Source: a virus. From it: DNA of 64,000 nt. The stretch is from the IMG/VR virus record IMGVR_UViG_3300045988_107529, positions 1 through 64,000 of that record. One strand, 5' to 3'. The position numbers and the translations under genes are program-made. This document shows, in pieces, positions 17,638-25,989 of this stretch (position 1 is its first letter; every line of letters begins with the position of its first letter). The notes beneath the pieces were generated by a model. That model was not told the origin of the DNA and ran no database searches. It saw nothing but the letters and a program-made list of their open reading frames with translations.

Positions 17638-18546
17638 ATGGCTAAAGTAAGCTGGATTAAAATAGAGATTGAAATGTTTAGTAACCGAAAAATTAAGCAA
17701 ATAAGGAAAATGCCAGAGGGAAACAATATTGTTCTTATTTGGGTAATGCTTTTGACAATGGCTGGCAGATGCAATTCAAACGGAATTATTTTCCTCACTG
17801 AAAATATTCCATACACAACAAAAATGCTTGCAGATGAATTGGATTTTGAGGAAAGCATTATTCAATTAGCACTAACAGTTCTGGAAAAGTTCGGGATGAT
17901 TACCAGAGATTCTGAATTACTTTCTATTCCCGGCTGGGAAGAGCATCAAAGTGCAGACGAATTGGAGAAAATACGAGATCAAAACAGAAAAAGGGTCGCA
18001 GAATATCGTGAACGTCAAAAAAATAAGGCCGCATTGCTTTGCAAGAAAGACGATGTAACGTTACAGAAACGTTACAGTAACATTACTGTAACGGAACAGA
18101 ATAAGAATAAAGATAAAGATTTAGAATTAGATTTAGATACAGAATTAGATAAAGATAAAGAAAAAGATATAAATGATTTAATAGTATCTAAAGATACTAT
18201 TCGTCAGACTGACGTCCAACGAACCATTGATGAATGGAATACTCTGGAAGAATTCGGTATTACTCCTGTAAAAAGAATGACACCAAAACGAGAACAGGCA
18301 GTAAAAGCTAGAATCCGTCAGAACTGTGTTGAAGATATTCTGGAAGCGATTGAAAATATTCGACGCAGCACATTCCTACAAGGGCAAAATAAAAATGGCT
18401 GGATGGTTACGTTTGACTGGTTCTTAAAGCCTGGAAATTTCGCAAAAGTATTTGAAGGGCAATACGCAGACAAGTCTACGAATAGACCGTGCAGCTACAT
18501 GGAGAAAATTCAAAACAGGGTAAGCGAGGTGGATAATTGGGTATGA
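17638..18546 (+). CDS. Phage replisome organiser (N-terminal domain) / DnaD-like
   Basis: MAKVSWIKIEIEMFSNRKIKQIRKMPEGNNIVLIWVMLL.. is typical of the replisome-organiser N-domain; SD GGAGGAGG. Confidence 0.6.
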   Translation: MAKVSWIKIEIEMFSNRKIKQIRKMPEGNNIVLIWVMLLTMAGRCNSNGIIFLTENIPYTTKMLADELDFEESIIQLALTVLEKFGMITRDSELLSIPGWEEHQSADELEKIRDQNRKRVAEYRERQKNKAALLCKKDDVTLQKRYSNITVTEQNKNKDKDLELDLDTELDKDKEKDINDLIVSKDTIRQTDVQRTIDEWNTLEEFGITPVKRMTPKREQAVKARIRQNCVEDILEAIENIRRSTFLQGQNKNGWMVTFDWFLKPGNFAKVFEGQYADKSTNRPCSYMEKIQNRVSEVDNWV

Positions 18547-19097
18547 CAAGAGAAGAATGGGCGGTACTCGTAAAAGCAATGAAAGCTGTGTACACTTCTC
18601 CATCATTTCTGCCAGATCAATATGCTTTTGATACTTGGTATGGACTTTTGAAAGACCTAGATTACAAGCTTTTAAGTTTTGGATTAAAGAAATATATGCA
18701 GACTGAATGGAAAGAGCCATCAATAGCCGCATTAAGGCAATGCGCACAAAACATTGCGCCGCAGAAGGAAGAGTTGAACGAAACAGAAGCATGGGAAAAG
18801 GTATGCAAAGCTATTCAGAACTCTACATATAATGCAGAAGCAGAGTTTGATAAGCTTCCAAAAATCATTCAGAAAGCAGTATCAAGCCCGGCACAACTTA
18901 GAGAATGGGCGGTATCTGAAAATGTGGATGGTACATGGTGGAGTGTGGTTCAATCAAATTTCCAAAGGACATACCGGGCAGAAGTGCAAAGAGAACAAGA
19001 ACGAAGAAAACTAAGTCCAGACCTTTTAAAAATTATAGATACTGCCAGATTGGGAGGTGCGGAAAATTGCCAGATAGAAAACCATGGAGAGAATTAA
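18543..19097 (+). CDS. G39P-like helicase loader/inhibitor family protein
   Basis: ATGA overlap. MTREEWAVLVKAMKAVYTSPSFLPDQYAFDTWYGLLKDLDY pattern. No DnaB-like helicase follows. Confidence 0.45.
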   Translation: MTREEWAVLVKAMKAVYTSPSFLPDQYAFDTWYGLLKDLDYKLLSFGLKKYMQTEWKEPSIAALRQCAQNIAPQKEELNETEAWEKVCKAIQNSTYNAEAEFDKLPKIIQKAVSSPAQLREWAVSENVDGTWWSVVQSNFQRTYRAEVQREQERRKLSPDLLKIIDTARLGGAENCQIENHGEN

Positions 19098-19309
19098 AAA
19101 GCACTGAAATTATAGGCTTAAAGCGGAGACAATGCTCAAAATGCGACTATTACAGCAAGAGCGAAAATGCATGGAGTACAAATGCAACCTGTGATTATAT
19201 CTTGATCGAAGAACATAGCAGAGGATGTGATCCGAGGGATTGTGTTAAAACTGGTATCTTCAAGAAAAAATCGAGAGGAAAATCAAGAGTAAAGCGAGTG
19301 ATTTTATGA
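19067..19309 (+). CDS. Small Cys-rich protein (80 aa, TTG start)
   Basis: TTG 19067 lies 7 nt after GGGAGGTG. CSKCDY..CDY..GCDPRDC. Confidence 0.4.
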   Translation: MPDRKPWRELKSTEIIGLKRRQCSKCDYYSKSENAWSTNATCDYILIEEHSRGCDPRDCVKTGIFKKKSRGKSRVKRVIL

Positions 19310-19518
19310 GGAAGATTAGCGAAATGTATAAGCGGTCTGGCGGTACAGCTTATCAGTATATCTGTTCCGATTGCAGATTCTTCTATGGTGATAAGCATCC
19401 GCGGTGTTTACAATACGAACTGGAAATTGATTGGAACCCAGATTATATAGCTTGCAAATTTTACAATCTGGAAGAATCTCAGATTGATGGACAGGTCAAT
19501 ATATTTGATTTGTTGTGA
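19306..19518 (+). CDS. Small Cys-rich protein (70 aa)
   Basis: ATGA overlap; CSDCRFF..HPRC..ACKF. Confidence 0.55.
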   Translation: MRKISEMYKRSGGTAYQYICSDCRFFYGDKHPRCLQYELEIDWNPDYIACKFYNLEESQIDGQVNIFDLL

Positions 19519-19691
19519 AATATGATAATTGTTTTGACCAAAACGGCTAAAATTAATTTTTATGATATTCGTGAATATTGTTATGGTTAAAACAAAATAA
19601 GCGCTTAAAATCAAAAAAACAGGCTATCAATAGAAAGGAGGAACAGGAACCGCCGGCCGGCAAAAGGAATTCCCGGTTCCTCCTAAATTTT

Positions 19692-20888
19692 ATGGATGAA
19701 ATATTGAAATATGCTATTGAGAATGGTATTATAAATCCTGCACATGTACTTGAAGAAATACAAATGAAGAAAAATGAAGAAATATTAAAAAAATATAAAA
19801 TATGGCAGGGAAAAAACAATAATTGGTATACTTATATTTATACAGAAAAAAATTCTAGAAAGCTAGTGAAAAGAAGTAGCCGAAAGGGAATTGAAGATTA
19901 TATTATTGCTTTCGAGAAAGAAAAAACAGAAAAACCTAAAACATTTATGGATGTTTACGAGCATTGGATAGAAATTCAAAAAGAATTTGTGACGGATAAC
20001 ACTTTGTATAAGTATTCTACAGATAGAACACGTTATTTTGAAAAAAAAGAATTTACGGAAAAAGAAATTGAGAAAATGACAGAAGAAGATATAAAGGTAT
20101 TCATTGTCAGAACTGTAAAAGATCAAAAACTTTGCAAAAAAGCGTGTAAAACTTTGTTTGGATATATCAAAAACACAATAGATAGTGCAAGGTCACAACA
20201 TTTATTGAATTATGATCCTATGGAATTTCTTTCACCTAAAATATTTTATAAATACTGCACGGAGATAGAAAAGCCTTCAAGTCATAATACAATATCAGAC
20301 CATGAACTTAAACTAATTATTAATCGCTGCAAAAAGGATTTTGATGAACAGCCAGAATACATTCCCTCATACGCAGTATATTTTGCAAGTCTCACAGGGA
20401 TGAGAGTTGGAGAAATTTCGGCTTTAAAATGGGAAGATATAAATGAAAATTATATATCTATTAATAAATCAGAAAAATACAATAGAAATACAAAAGAATA
20501 CTATATAGGAAAAACAAAAAATCAAATGAACAGATGGTTTCCTATGACTGGCGAAATTCGAAAACTTTTAATGAAATTAAAATCAGCAGAAATCAGCAAT
20601 GGGTATATTAGTGAATGGTTGTTTTCAAACGAAAATGGAAGGGTTCATGCTCCTGTAATATCGTCATGCTTAAAAAACAAATGCAGGCAGGAAGGAATAG
20701 AAGAAAGAGGAATTCATGCATTTAGAAGAACAATAAATTCTAAACTAAGGTGCAATGGAGTATCTGCCACTGTTGCTGCATCGCTACTCGGGCATACCGA
20801 AGAAGTTAATGAAAAATATTATACATTTGATGTTAGCTCTTTGGAAGAAAAAAATAAAATTGTGTCAAAAGTGCAAAGGATTGGATGA
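19692..20888 (+). CDS. Tyrosine recombinase / phage integrase
   Basis: 398 aa from ATG 19692 (MDEILKYAIENGIINPAHVLEEIQMKK..KIWQGKNNNWYTY). C-terminal HAFRRT .. LLGH .. Y catalytic signature. Confidence 0.8.
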   Translation: MDEILKYAIENGIINPAHVLEEIQMKKNEEILKKYKIWQGKNNNWYTYIYTEKNSRKLVKRSSRKGIEDYIIAFEKEKTEKPKTFMDVYEHWIEIQKEFVTDNTLYKYSTDRTRYFEKKEFTEKEIEKMTEEDIKVFIVRTVKDQKLCKKACKTLFGYIKNTIDSARSQHLLNYDPMEFLSPKIFYKYCTEIEKPSSHNTISDHELKLIINRCKKDFDEQPEYIPSYAVYFASLTGMRVGEISALKWEDINENYISINKSEKYNRNTKEYYIGKTKNQMNRWFPMTGEIRKLLMKLKSAEISNGYISEWLFSNENGRVHAPVISSCLKNKCRQEGIEERGIHAFRRTINSKLRCNGVSATVAASLLGHTEEVNEKYYTFDVSSLEEKNKIVSKVQRIG

Positions 20889-20902
20889 ATAAGAACATAG
20901 GT

Positions 20903-21090
20903 TCTGATTACCTTTTTGGTTACCTTTGATTACCTCAAGTCTGGAAAGCCTTTAAAATCAAGGGTTTACGGATTAAAACGCGAGCCGTGAGGTCGCAGGT
21001 TCAAATCCTGTTGCCCCGATTTATGCAGTAAAATCAAGGGTTTGCGGACTTGGTATGAACGAGTGTTCTGATTACCTTTGATTACCTTTT
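20903..21090 (+). mobile_element. attP-like region: tRNA 3' fragment flanked by direct repeats and arm-type sites
   Basis: ~20973-21019 is a variable loop, T-arm (gcagg-ttcaaat-cctgt) and 3' acceptor strand tgccccg-a, with no matching 5' half. 19-nt direct repeats aaaatcaagggtttRcgga sit at 20954 and 21030. Five same-orientation G(A/G)TTACCT copies sit at 20906, 20918, 20928, 21070 and 21080. Confidence 0.6.
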
Positions 21091-21136
21091 ACAAAAAGTA
21101 CATATGAAAGGGAAAAGTACATGTGCAAAATAATAA

Positions 21137-21163
21137 AATCGCAGAGATGCGATTATTTTTTTT
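21137..21163 (+). terminator. Rho-independent terminator
   Basis: aatcgca-gaga-tgcgatt followed by a T8 run. Confidence 0.6.
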
Positions 21164-21211
21164 GCCTTTTTTCTGAAATTGTGTTATGTTCAAGAAAATG
21201 GAGGGCGAAAT

Positions 21212-21880
21212 ATGCAGATACACACAGCCTATGATGTAATGAAGGAGTTTCTAATAACTGATGCAGACCTTGAAGGCAAGTACGGAATCCCGAAAATTCC
21301 AAAGACTTTTATTCATCCAGGGAAAGATACTGTAGACTTTTCGGAGAGCTTCAGCAGAAAGATTAAGAACCATCGGGAACTTGATGTAAATTTCTATGTG
21401 GATGATGTACAGTTTCAAAGATTATGGAATCAGCCAGACAAGTATATGGAGCATTTAAAATGTTTTCATGCAGTCATTATGCCAGATTTCAGCATATCGG
21501 TTGGCAAGAATGGAATGCCGTTAGCTATGTGCCTGTGGAATAAATACCGCAATCATGCATTGTCTCACTACATGATCTTGAATGATATTCCAGTAATTCC
21601 GAACGTAAACATATTACCAGAATACTGTTGGGACTGGTGCTTTGATGGGCTACCAGAGGGAAGCACAGTTGCCTGTTGCACCAATGGAAGAGTAAAGAGC
21701 AAGGCAGCACGGTTGGAGTTTTGCGTTGGTTTCAAGGAAATGGAACGCAGATTGAAGCCGCTGCGAGTTATCATTGTTGGAAGAATCCCGGAAGAATTGG
21801 AAACAGACACGGAAATTATAAACTTTGAAACCAGGAATCAGAAGATTAACAAGGAGTGCGTGAATGGGAACAACGACTGA
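21212..21880 (+). CDS. DUF4417-like protein
   Basis: 222 aa from ATG 21212 (SD GGAGGG). ..VNFYVDDVQFQRLWNQPDKY..AVIMPDFS.. is as I recall for DUF4417. Confidence 0.5.
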   Translation: MQIHTAYDVMKEFLITDADLEGKYGIPKIPKTFIHPGKDTVDFSESFSRKIKNHRELDVNFYVDDVQFQRLWNQPDKYMEHLKCFHAVIMPDFSISVGKNGMPLAMCLWNKYRNHALSHYMILNDIPVIPNVNILPEYCWDWCFDGLPEGSTVACCTNGRVKSKAARLEFCVGFKEMERRLKPLRVIIVGRIPEELETDTEIINFETRNQKINKECVNGNND

Positions 21881-21998
21881 TAATTACCAGAGAAAGAAGA
21901 AACTTTCCAAGTCCCAAATGAAGAGGACGGAACGTTTAGAGAAATCATCCTACAGAAGATATGGAACACGGAAGAAAGAAGGATTAAACAAATTGTGA
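21864..21998 (+). CDS. Small basic protein (44 aa)
   Basis: ATG 7 nt after AAGGAG. MGTTTDNYQRKKKLSKSQMKRTERLEKSSYRRYGTRKKEGLNKL*. Confidence 0.4.
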   Translation: MGTTTDNYQRKKKLSKSQMKRTERLEKSSYRRYGTRKKEGLNKL

Positions 21999-22054
21999 AT
22001 TTTGAATTATTTGGAACTTTACGCTATAGAAATATTTGTGCAAAATTAAAATTT

Positions 22055-22102
22055 AAGTGGTAACTAGAAAATGCGAGATTTTTTCTGGTTGCCACTTTTT
22101 TC
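22055..22102 (+). terminator. Rho-independent terminator (17-bp stem with 2 G.U)
   Basis: aagtggtaactagaaaa / ttttctggttgccactt followed by a T-run. Confidence 0.7.
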
Positions 22103-22831
22103 TGGATTTCCTTGATTTTTTGTTGCCAAAATAATGTTAGAATTTAGGAATCATCCACAAGTTAGTTGCACTATTGAAGTTTTGAACAACTGCGGTTTTC
22201 CATTGCCACAAAATCAACCAGGGGCAGCACCGGGAGCCGATACCGCGCCAAGCTGATGAAGCCGTGACGATTCCGGGAATGATTGAATATCAACAAAGAC
22301 GACAGCCAGCCGTAGACCTGGCAGACCAGAACCAACCGCCCACAGATAATAGGCCATAGCAACAAGTAACATATAACGTGGCGTTAAAATACAATAATAC
22401 TCTTGCAAAATAAGCCTTAAATAGCTTGTAACGTATTTAGCCTATACTTTATTGACTACGATTATAAAACGCCTTAAAATGGCAAATACAGCGCCATACA
22501 ACAATAATTGATATATAGCCCGGACAGCTGCGACAGATCACCGGGAAGCCTGGACAAGTCACGCACATAAGCGGACAAAATGCACCAATTTACACGGTAC
22601 GCAAATAAAGCATAGCCGCACATAGCTATACAAGGCTATTATATACCTATAGCCGCAGACAGTCAATAAACCATGCAAGACAATAAAAAGCGTTTTAAAG
22701 GCTTATAAGCGGCTTAAAATGTAAATGCTGAAAAATCCCCATTAACAGAATAAAAAACGATTTACGGATAAAATAGCGCGTTAATTGATTGACTTATTAT
22801 ATTAACTTTGCAAGGTGCATCTGGCAGAATG
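22103..22831. other. Orphan non-coding tract bounded by convergent terminators; A/C-rich on + strand, iteron-like repeats
   Basis: Only short ORFs with no SD. GC(G/C)TTAAAAT-type motif at ~22380, 22413, 22470, 22690 and 22710. ATAGCCGCA x2 (22611, 22650). GGACA x3 (22521-22575). One DnaA-box-like TCATCCACA at 22151. Confidence 0.5.
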
Positions 22832-22887
22832 CCAAAAACCGCTTGCACGCCGTGAACGTGCCGCCGGACTGGAAACCGGGAAGCGGT
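22832..22887 (-). terminator. Branched terminator of the minus-strand operon
   Basis: On the - strand: accgctt..(gcacg/cgtgc and ccgg/ccgg sub-hairpins)..aagcggt followed by TTTTT. Confidence 0.55.
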
Positions 22888-22894
22888 GAAAAAA

Positions 22895-23098
22895 TCATTC
22901 GTTTATAACAATGTTGAAATCATCATCAATATAACCAATAAATTTTATATTATCCTGGTTATATTCGTTTTTATATGTTTTATATATGCGTACATGCTTA
23001 AAATTTCCATCATACCAAACATCTAAGCCCATAGCATGTATTTTTTCATTTACTTCAAGTTGCTTTCTTACATTTTCCTTAAAAGTTGAATTTTTCAT
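22895..23098 (-). CDS. Hypothetical protein (67 aa)
   Basis: Intact ORF, last gene of the minus-strand operon. Confidence 0.5.
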   Translation of the reverse strand: MKNSTFKENVRKQLEVNEKIHAMGLDVWYDGNFKHVRIYKTYKNEYNQDNIKFIGYIDDDFNIVINE

Positions 23099-23155
23099 GC
23101 TTTTATCTTTCTTCCCTTCACCCTGGGAGCCAGGATATAAAAAGACGCGCCCTTA

Positions 23156-23533
23156 TTATTTTAAAGTCATTTTTGTAACAGCCGGAAGACTGCGGAAAAA
23201 TTCCCGGCGGTCGTAATCATCATTAATTTTAAATTGTTTGTCACTTGTGGGGATGATCTCGCCGCCGATAAGCTCCATACAGGAGAGTTGCAAACAGTTC
23301 TCTTTTTTTGTTGATCTGTGCAGCGCATATCGCATCACAGACTTTTTACCATCCCGACGCTTTACCGGGGACATATCCCAATAAGCTAATTTAATAACGC
23401 CACCAGCAACAGCCTTAAAGATTTCCATTGCTTCCTTTTCAGCTTTTCTGTTGATTGTATCAACTGTTAAGAAATCGCCGCTTTTTATGGCGGCGATTGT
23501 CTGCGCTTGCGTGGCTTTCTTGATTGTTATCAT
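23156..23533 (-). CDS. Hypothetical protein (125 aa)
   Basis: ATG (rc 23531-23533) lies 7 nt after GGAGGG. The longer track ORF to 23698 overlaps the upstream gene. Confidence 0.55.
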   Translation of the reverse strand: MITIKKATQAQTIAAIKSGDFLTVDTINRKAEKEAMEIFKAVAGGVIKLAYWDMSPVKRRDGKKSVMRYALHRSTKKENCLQLSCMELIGGEIIPTSDKQFKINDDYDRREFFRSLPAVTKMTLK

Positions 23534-23534
23534 T

Positions 23535-23747
23535 TTAAAACCCTCCATAAGTTTTATTTGTCTTGTAACACTTGTTCCAGAAGTCAACAACGTTTTCAGC
23601 TTCTTTTTTCGTGCTGCAAATATTTGCGGAAGTAATGCCGGGGATTTGCAAAGAAAATAATAAATTGTCAGAGCTAGAGACCCGAAGAACAGACGCAAAG
23701 TTTTTATTGTTTGTGCGTGTTGAAATTGCTATGTAATGATATTTCAT
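23535..23747 (-). CDS. Hypothetical protein (70 aa)
   Basis: Intact ORF tightly packed between its neighbours. Confidence 0.5.
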   Translation of the reverse strand: MKYHYIAISTRTNNKNFASVLRVSSSDNLLFSLQIPGITSANICSTKKEAENVVDFWNKCYKTNKTYGGF

Positions 23748-23750
23748 GCT

Positions 23751-24137
23751 TTAGGCCTCCATTTCTTTATGTGCTTCGTCAAAATCTTCTTCGAGATCGT
23801 CCAGTACTTCAGAAATTGCGATCCCTAATAAGTAACAACGGATTGTTACGTCTGCCCATTCTGCGCCCTTTTCAATAACATTTATGTTATTCTGTCCGAA
23901 CTCGTCAAGGGCTTCTTCGAGCAAGTCCAAGTTGTGCGCTATACTTTCTTCTGCCTTGTAAGAATTGCAATAATAAGAGCCGCTTGCATTGCCTGTTACG
24001 CTGTCTTCTGTCCAAAGTTCATCATTCAATTTTTCTTCCAGTTCTTCCAAGCTGTCAAAGTCTGTGAAATTAATTTCACTATCAATATAATTTTTAACGT
24101 CTTCTTTTACTGCTTCCAGATAATTATATTTTGTCAT
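23751..24137 (-). CDS. Highly acidic protein (128 aa), possible DNA-mimic/anti-restriction type
   Basis: Asp/Glu-rich throughout (..FDSLEELEEKLNDELWTEDS..DDLEEDFDEAHKEMEA). First gene of the minus operon. The function is inference only. Confidence 0.35.
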   Translation of the reverse strand: MTKYNYLEAVKEDVKNYIDSEINFTDFDSLEELEEKLNDELWTEDSVTGNASGSYYCNSYKAEESIAHNLDLLEEALDEFGQNNINVIEKGAEWADVTIRCYLLGIAISEVLDDLEEDFDEAHKEMEA

Positions 24138-24344
24138 TGTTTTTTACCATCGCCCCTGTTATAATGGGGTTGCCTTTCTTTTTAGTTTGGTGCCCGGTTT
24201 GGTTTGGAAGTCGACCGGGCTTTTTTTATTTTGTCCAGGAACTAGAATTTTTCAATTAATCGTGATCCGTTTCTTATGTCCTCATTGTGTTGAGTGGTTC
24301 GGGCGGTTCCGGTTGTTTGTTTCTTTTGTTCCTTTGTTGATATT

Positions 24345-24436
24345 ATAATACCACTAATAATAGTGTATGTCAACACTAAAATTAGTGGTTTTTAAAAATA
24401 TTTTATATTGCTTTTTGGTACTAATCCTATTATAAT
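24345..24436. promoter_or_regulatory. Divergent sigma-A-like promoters sharing a palindromic operator
   Basis: + strand: TTGCTT (24408) - 17 nt - TATAAT (24431). - strand: TTGACA (rc 24368-24373) - 17 nt - TATTAT (rc 24345-24350). Palindrome ccactaat..agtgt..acact..attagtgg spans 24351-24388. Confidence 0.6.
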
Positions 24437-24465
24437 AATGATATAATTATTTGGGAGGTCACAAG

Positions 24466-24693
24466 ATGTTTAAATATAAAATAGATGTTATGAAATCATT
24501 ATCAGATCGCGGCTTTACATCTTCCAGAATGAGAAAAGAAAAGATTCTGAGTGAGGCAACAATGCAAAATTTAAGAAAAGGAAAAGGAATAACGACCGAC
24601 ACATTGAATACAATATGTATTATATTAAGATGTCAGCCGTCGGATGTTCTGGAAATAGTGCCAACAAATGAAGAAAAAATAAAGTATTTTTAA
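24466..24693 (+). CDS. XRE/Cro-type HTH regulator (75 aa)
   Basis: ATG 7 nt after GGGAGG. ..ILSEATMQNLRKGKGITTDTLNTICIILRCQPSDVLE. Confidence 0.65.
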   Translation: MFKYKIDVMKSLSDRGFTSSRMRKEKILSEATMQNLRKGKGITTDTLNTICIILRCQPSDVLEIVPTNEEKIKYF

Positions 24694-24711
24694 ACACTAA
24701 ATTTAGTGTTT
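24692..24711. promoter_or_regulatory. Second operator-like palindrome AAACACTAAATTTAGTGTTT
   Basis: Perfect 20-nt palindrome overlapping the stop codon. It shares the ACACTAAA/TTAGTG core with 24351-24388 and is followed by the extended -10 TGCTATACT (24729-24737). Confidence 0.5.
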
Positions 24712-24769
24712 ACTTATATATGAAAATGTGCTATACTGTAACTATAATCAAGAAAGGAGATATTACAGT

Positions 24770-25249
24770 ATGGCAAATTTAGAAGAGTTTCGTATTCCAC
24801 AATATGAAGGTTGCGGAATATATGCAATAGTTAATTCGAAAAAGATGAGCTGTTATATTGGCTCAAGCAAAAATATTAAGTTAAGAGCAATTAACCATAA
24901 GGCGCATTTGAAGAAAGGGAAACATCACAATAAACTACTACAAAAAGATTTTGAAAACGGAAATTCATTTCGTTTTATTATATTATGTAAATTAGATTCA
25001 AACATAGACAATGATTTGCTAATTGTATACGAAAAAATGTATATGATAGCAGCCATGGATAACTATTTTGAGCTCTATAATTTACTCCCGAAAACGCAAT
25101 GGAATAATCAAAGAAACTGGATAATTCAACACATAATTTATTATTTTATGAATAATTATAAAATATCAGAAAATCTCGTTTCTGCTTTTGAGGGAGAATA
25201 TGAAACTACTCCGGCATATATGCATAATAGAAAACCAGAGAATAGATAA
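24770..25249 (+). CDS. GIY-YIG domain protein (homing-endonuclease-like)
   Basis: GIYAIVN..CYIGSSKNIKLRAINH; SD AAAGGAGA. Confidence 0.6.
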   Translation: MANLEEFRIPQYEGCGIYAIVNSKKMSCYIGSSKNIKLRAINHKAHLKKGKHHNKLLQKDFENGNSFRFIILCKLDSNIDNDLLIVYEKMYMIAAMDNYFELYNLLPKTQWNNQRNWIIQHIIYYFMNNYKISENLVSAFEGEYETTPAYMHNRKPENR

Positions 25250-25331
25250 TTGATTTGTGATTGAATTTAGAAAACCAATACACAAGAAAAAGCCCTAGGA
25301 AATTAACCCGGGGCTTTTAAAATGCTTATTT

Positions 25332-25620
25332 ATGGCGGCTATGGACAGAGTACAGACCGCCGCCGAGCCTGTTAATATTTAAATAACACAGCTTCGCCCA
25401 GGTTGTCAAGAAAAATATTTTTAAAATACCGCTTGACATTTTTCTAAAACTTCTTTAGGCTATCAGATAACGAGAGCTGACGGAACTCAGGAAGGGCAGA
25501 GGCTGAAAGTACACAGAATCGTTAATTAAATAACACGCATAACAAGCCAGATCACGCCGGATAGAAACTCCTGGAAGGTCTGGCTTTTATTATGCAAATC
25601 TACGAAAATGTAGCCGCCAT
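25332..25620. repeat. Inverted repeat pair A (10 bp perfect)
   Basis: atggcggcta at 25332-25341; tagccgccat at 25611-25620. Confidence 0.8.
25433..25590 (+). ncRNA. Candidate sRNA unit 1 (promoter plus ~125-nt transcript plus terminator)
   Basis: TTGACA 25433 - 17 nt - TAGGCT - ATCAG. Terminator aagccaga/tctggctt (25544-25586) followed by a T-run. No ORF. Confidence 0.35.
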
Positions 25621-25660
25621 TATATTATATATAATTATATAATTATTCTCTGCCCTTCCT
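25489..25660. repeat. Inverted repeat pair B (13 bp perfect), interleaved with pair A
   Basis: aggaagggcagag at 25489-25501; ctctgcccttcct at 25648-25660. Confidence 0.8.
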
Positions 25661-25817
25661 AGATTCCTAAAGCTGGAGTTTATTAAAAGATATGCTATAC
25701 AGTACCGTATAATAATATATAAGATATAACTACAAATAAAGATTATAATATAATACCCCAATTATTATTTATTAATTATTAACAAAATAGATGGTTTTAT
25801 TTTATGCAAAATTAAAT

Positions 25818-25956
25818 TTGACAAGATATTAAAAACTGTGCTAAGGTATCAGCAACAAAGAAAACAGAATATTTTATTTTGAGTTTTAGAGAATGTACCC
25901 GAACACCCGGAAGCCTTCCGGGAATAAGCTTTACCCGGTGACATTCTCTTTTTTAT
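25818..25956 (+). ncRNA. Candidate sRNA unit 2 (similar promoter, ~105-nt transcript, branched terminator)
   Basis: TTGACA 25818 - 18 nt - TAAGGT - ATCAG. Stem gagaatgt/acattctc (25889-25949) encloses cccgga/tccggg and is followed by T6. Confidence 0.35.
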
Positions 25957-25989
25957 TTGCAAATTAACGTGTTAAAGTGAGGTGATAAC

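Noticed and set aside
19578-19691. N-terminal extension of the integrase from TTG 19578
   Set aside because: The extension reads through a hairpin (ggaaccg..cggttcc). The protein family, as I recall it, starts at M-x-E-I-L-x-Y-A, matching ATG 19692.
22151-22159. DnaA box as evidence for an oriC-type origin
   Set aside because: It is a single near-consensus box (TCATCCACA), which is insufficient on its own.
22171-22408. Minus-strand ORFs 22171..22365 and 22214..22408 in the orphan non-coding tract
   Set aside because: They are overlapping alternative frames without SD and with odd composition. They lie beyond the minus-operon terminator.
25620-25800. Extremely AT-rich 180-bp stretch as a replication origin or unwinding element
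   Set aside because: AT-richness alone is not diagnostic. There are no flanking iterons or initiator gene, so I left it as part of the regulatory gap.
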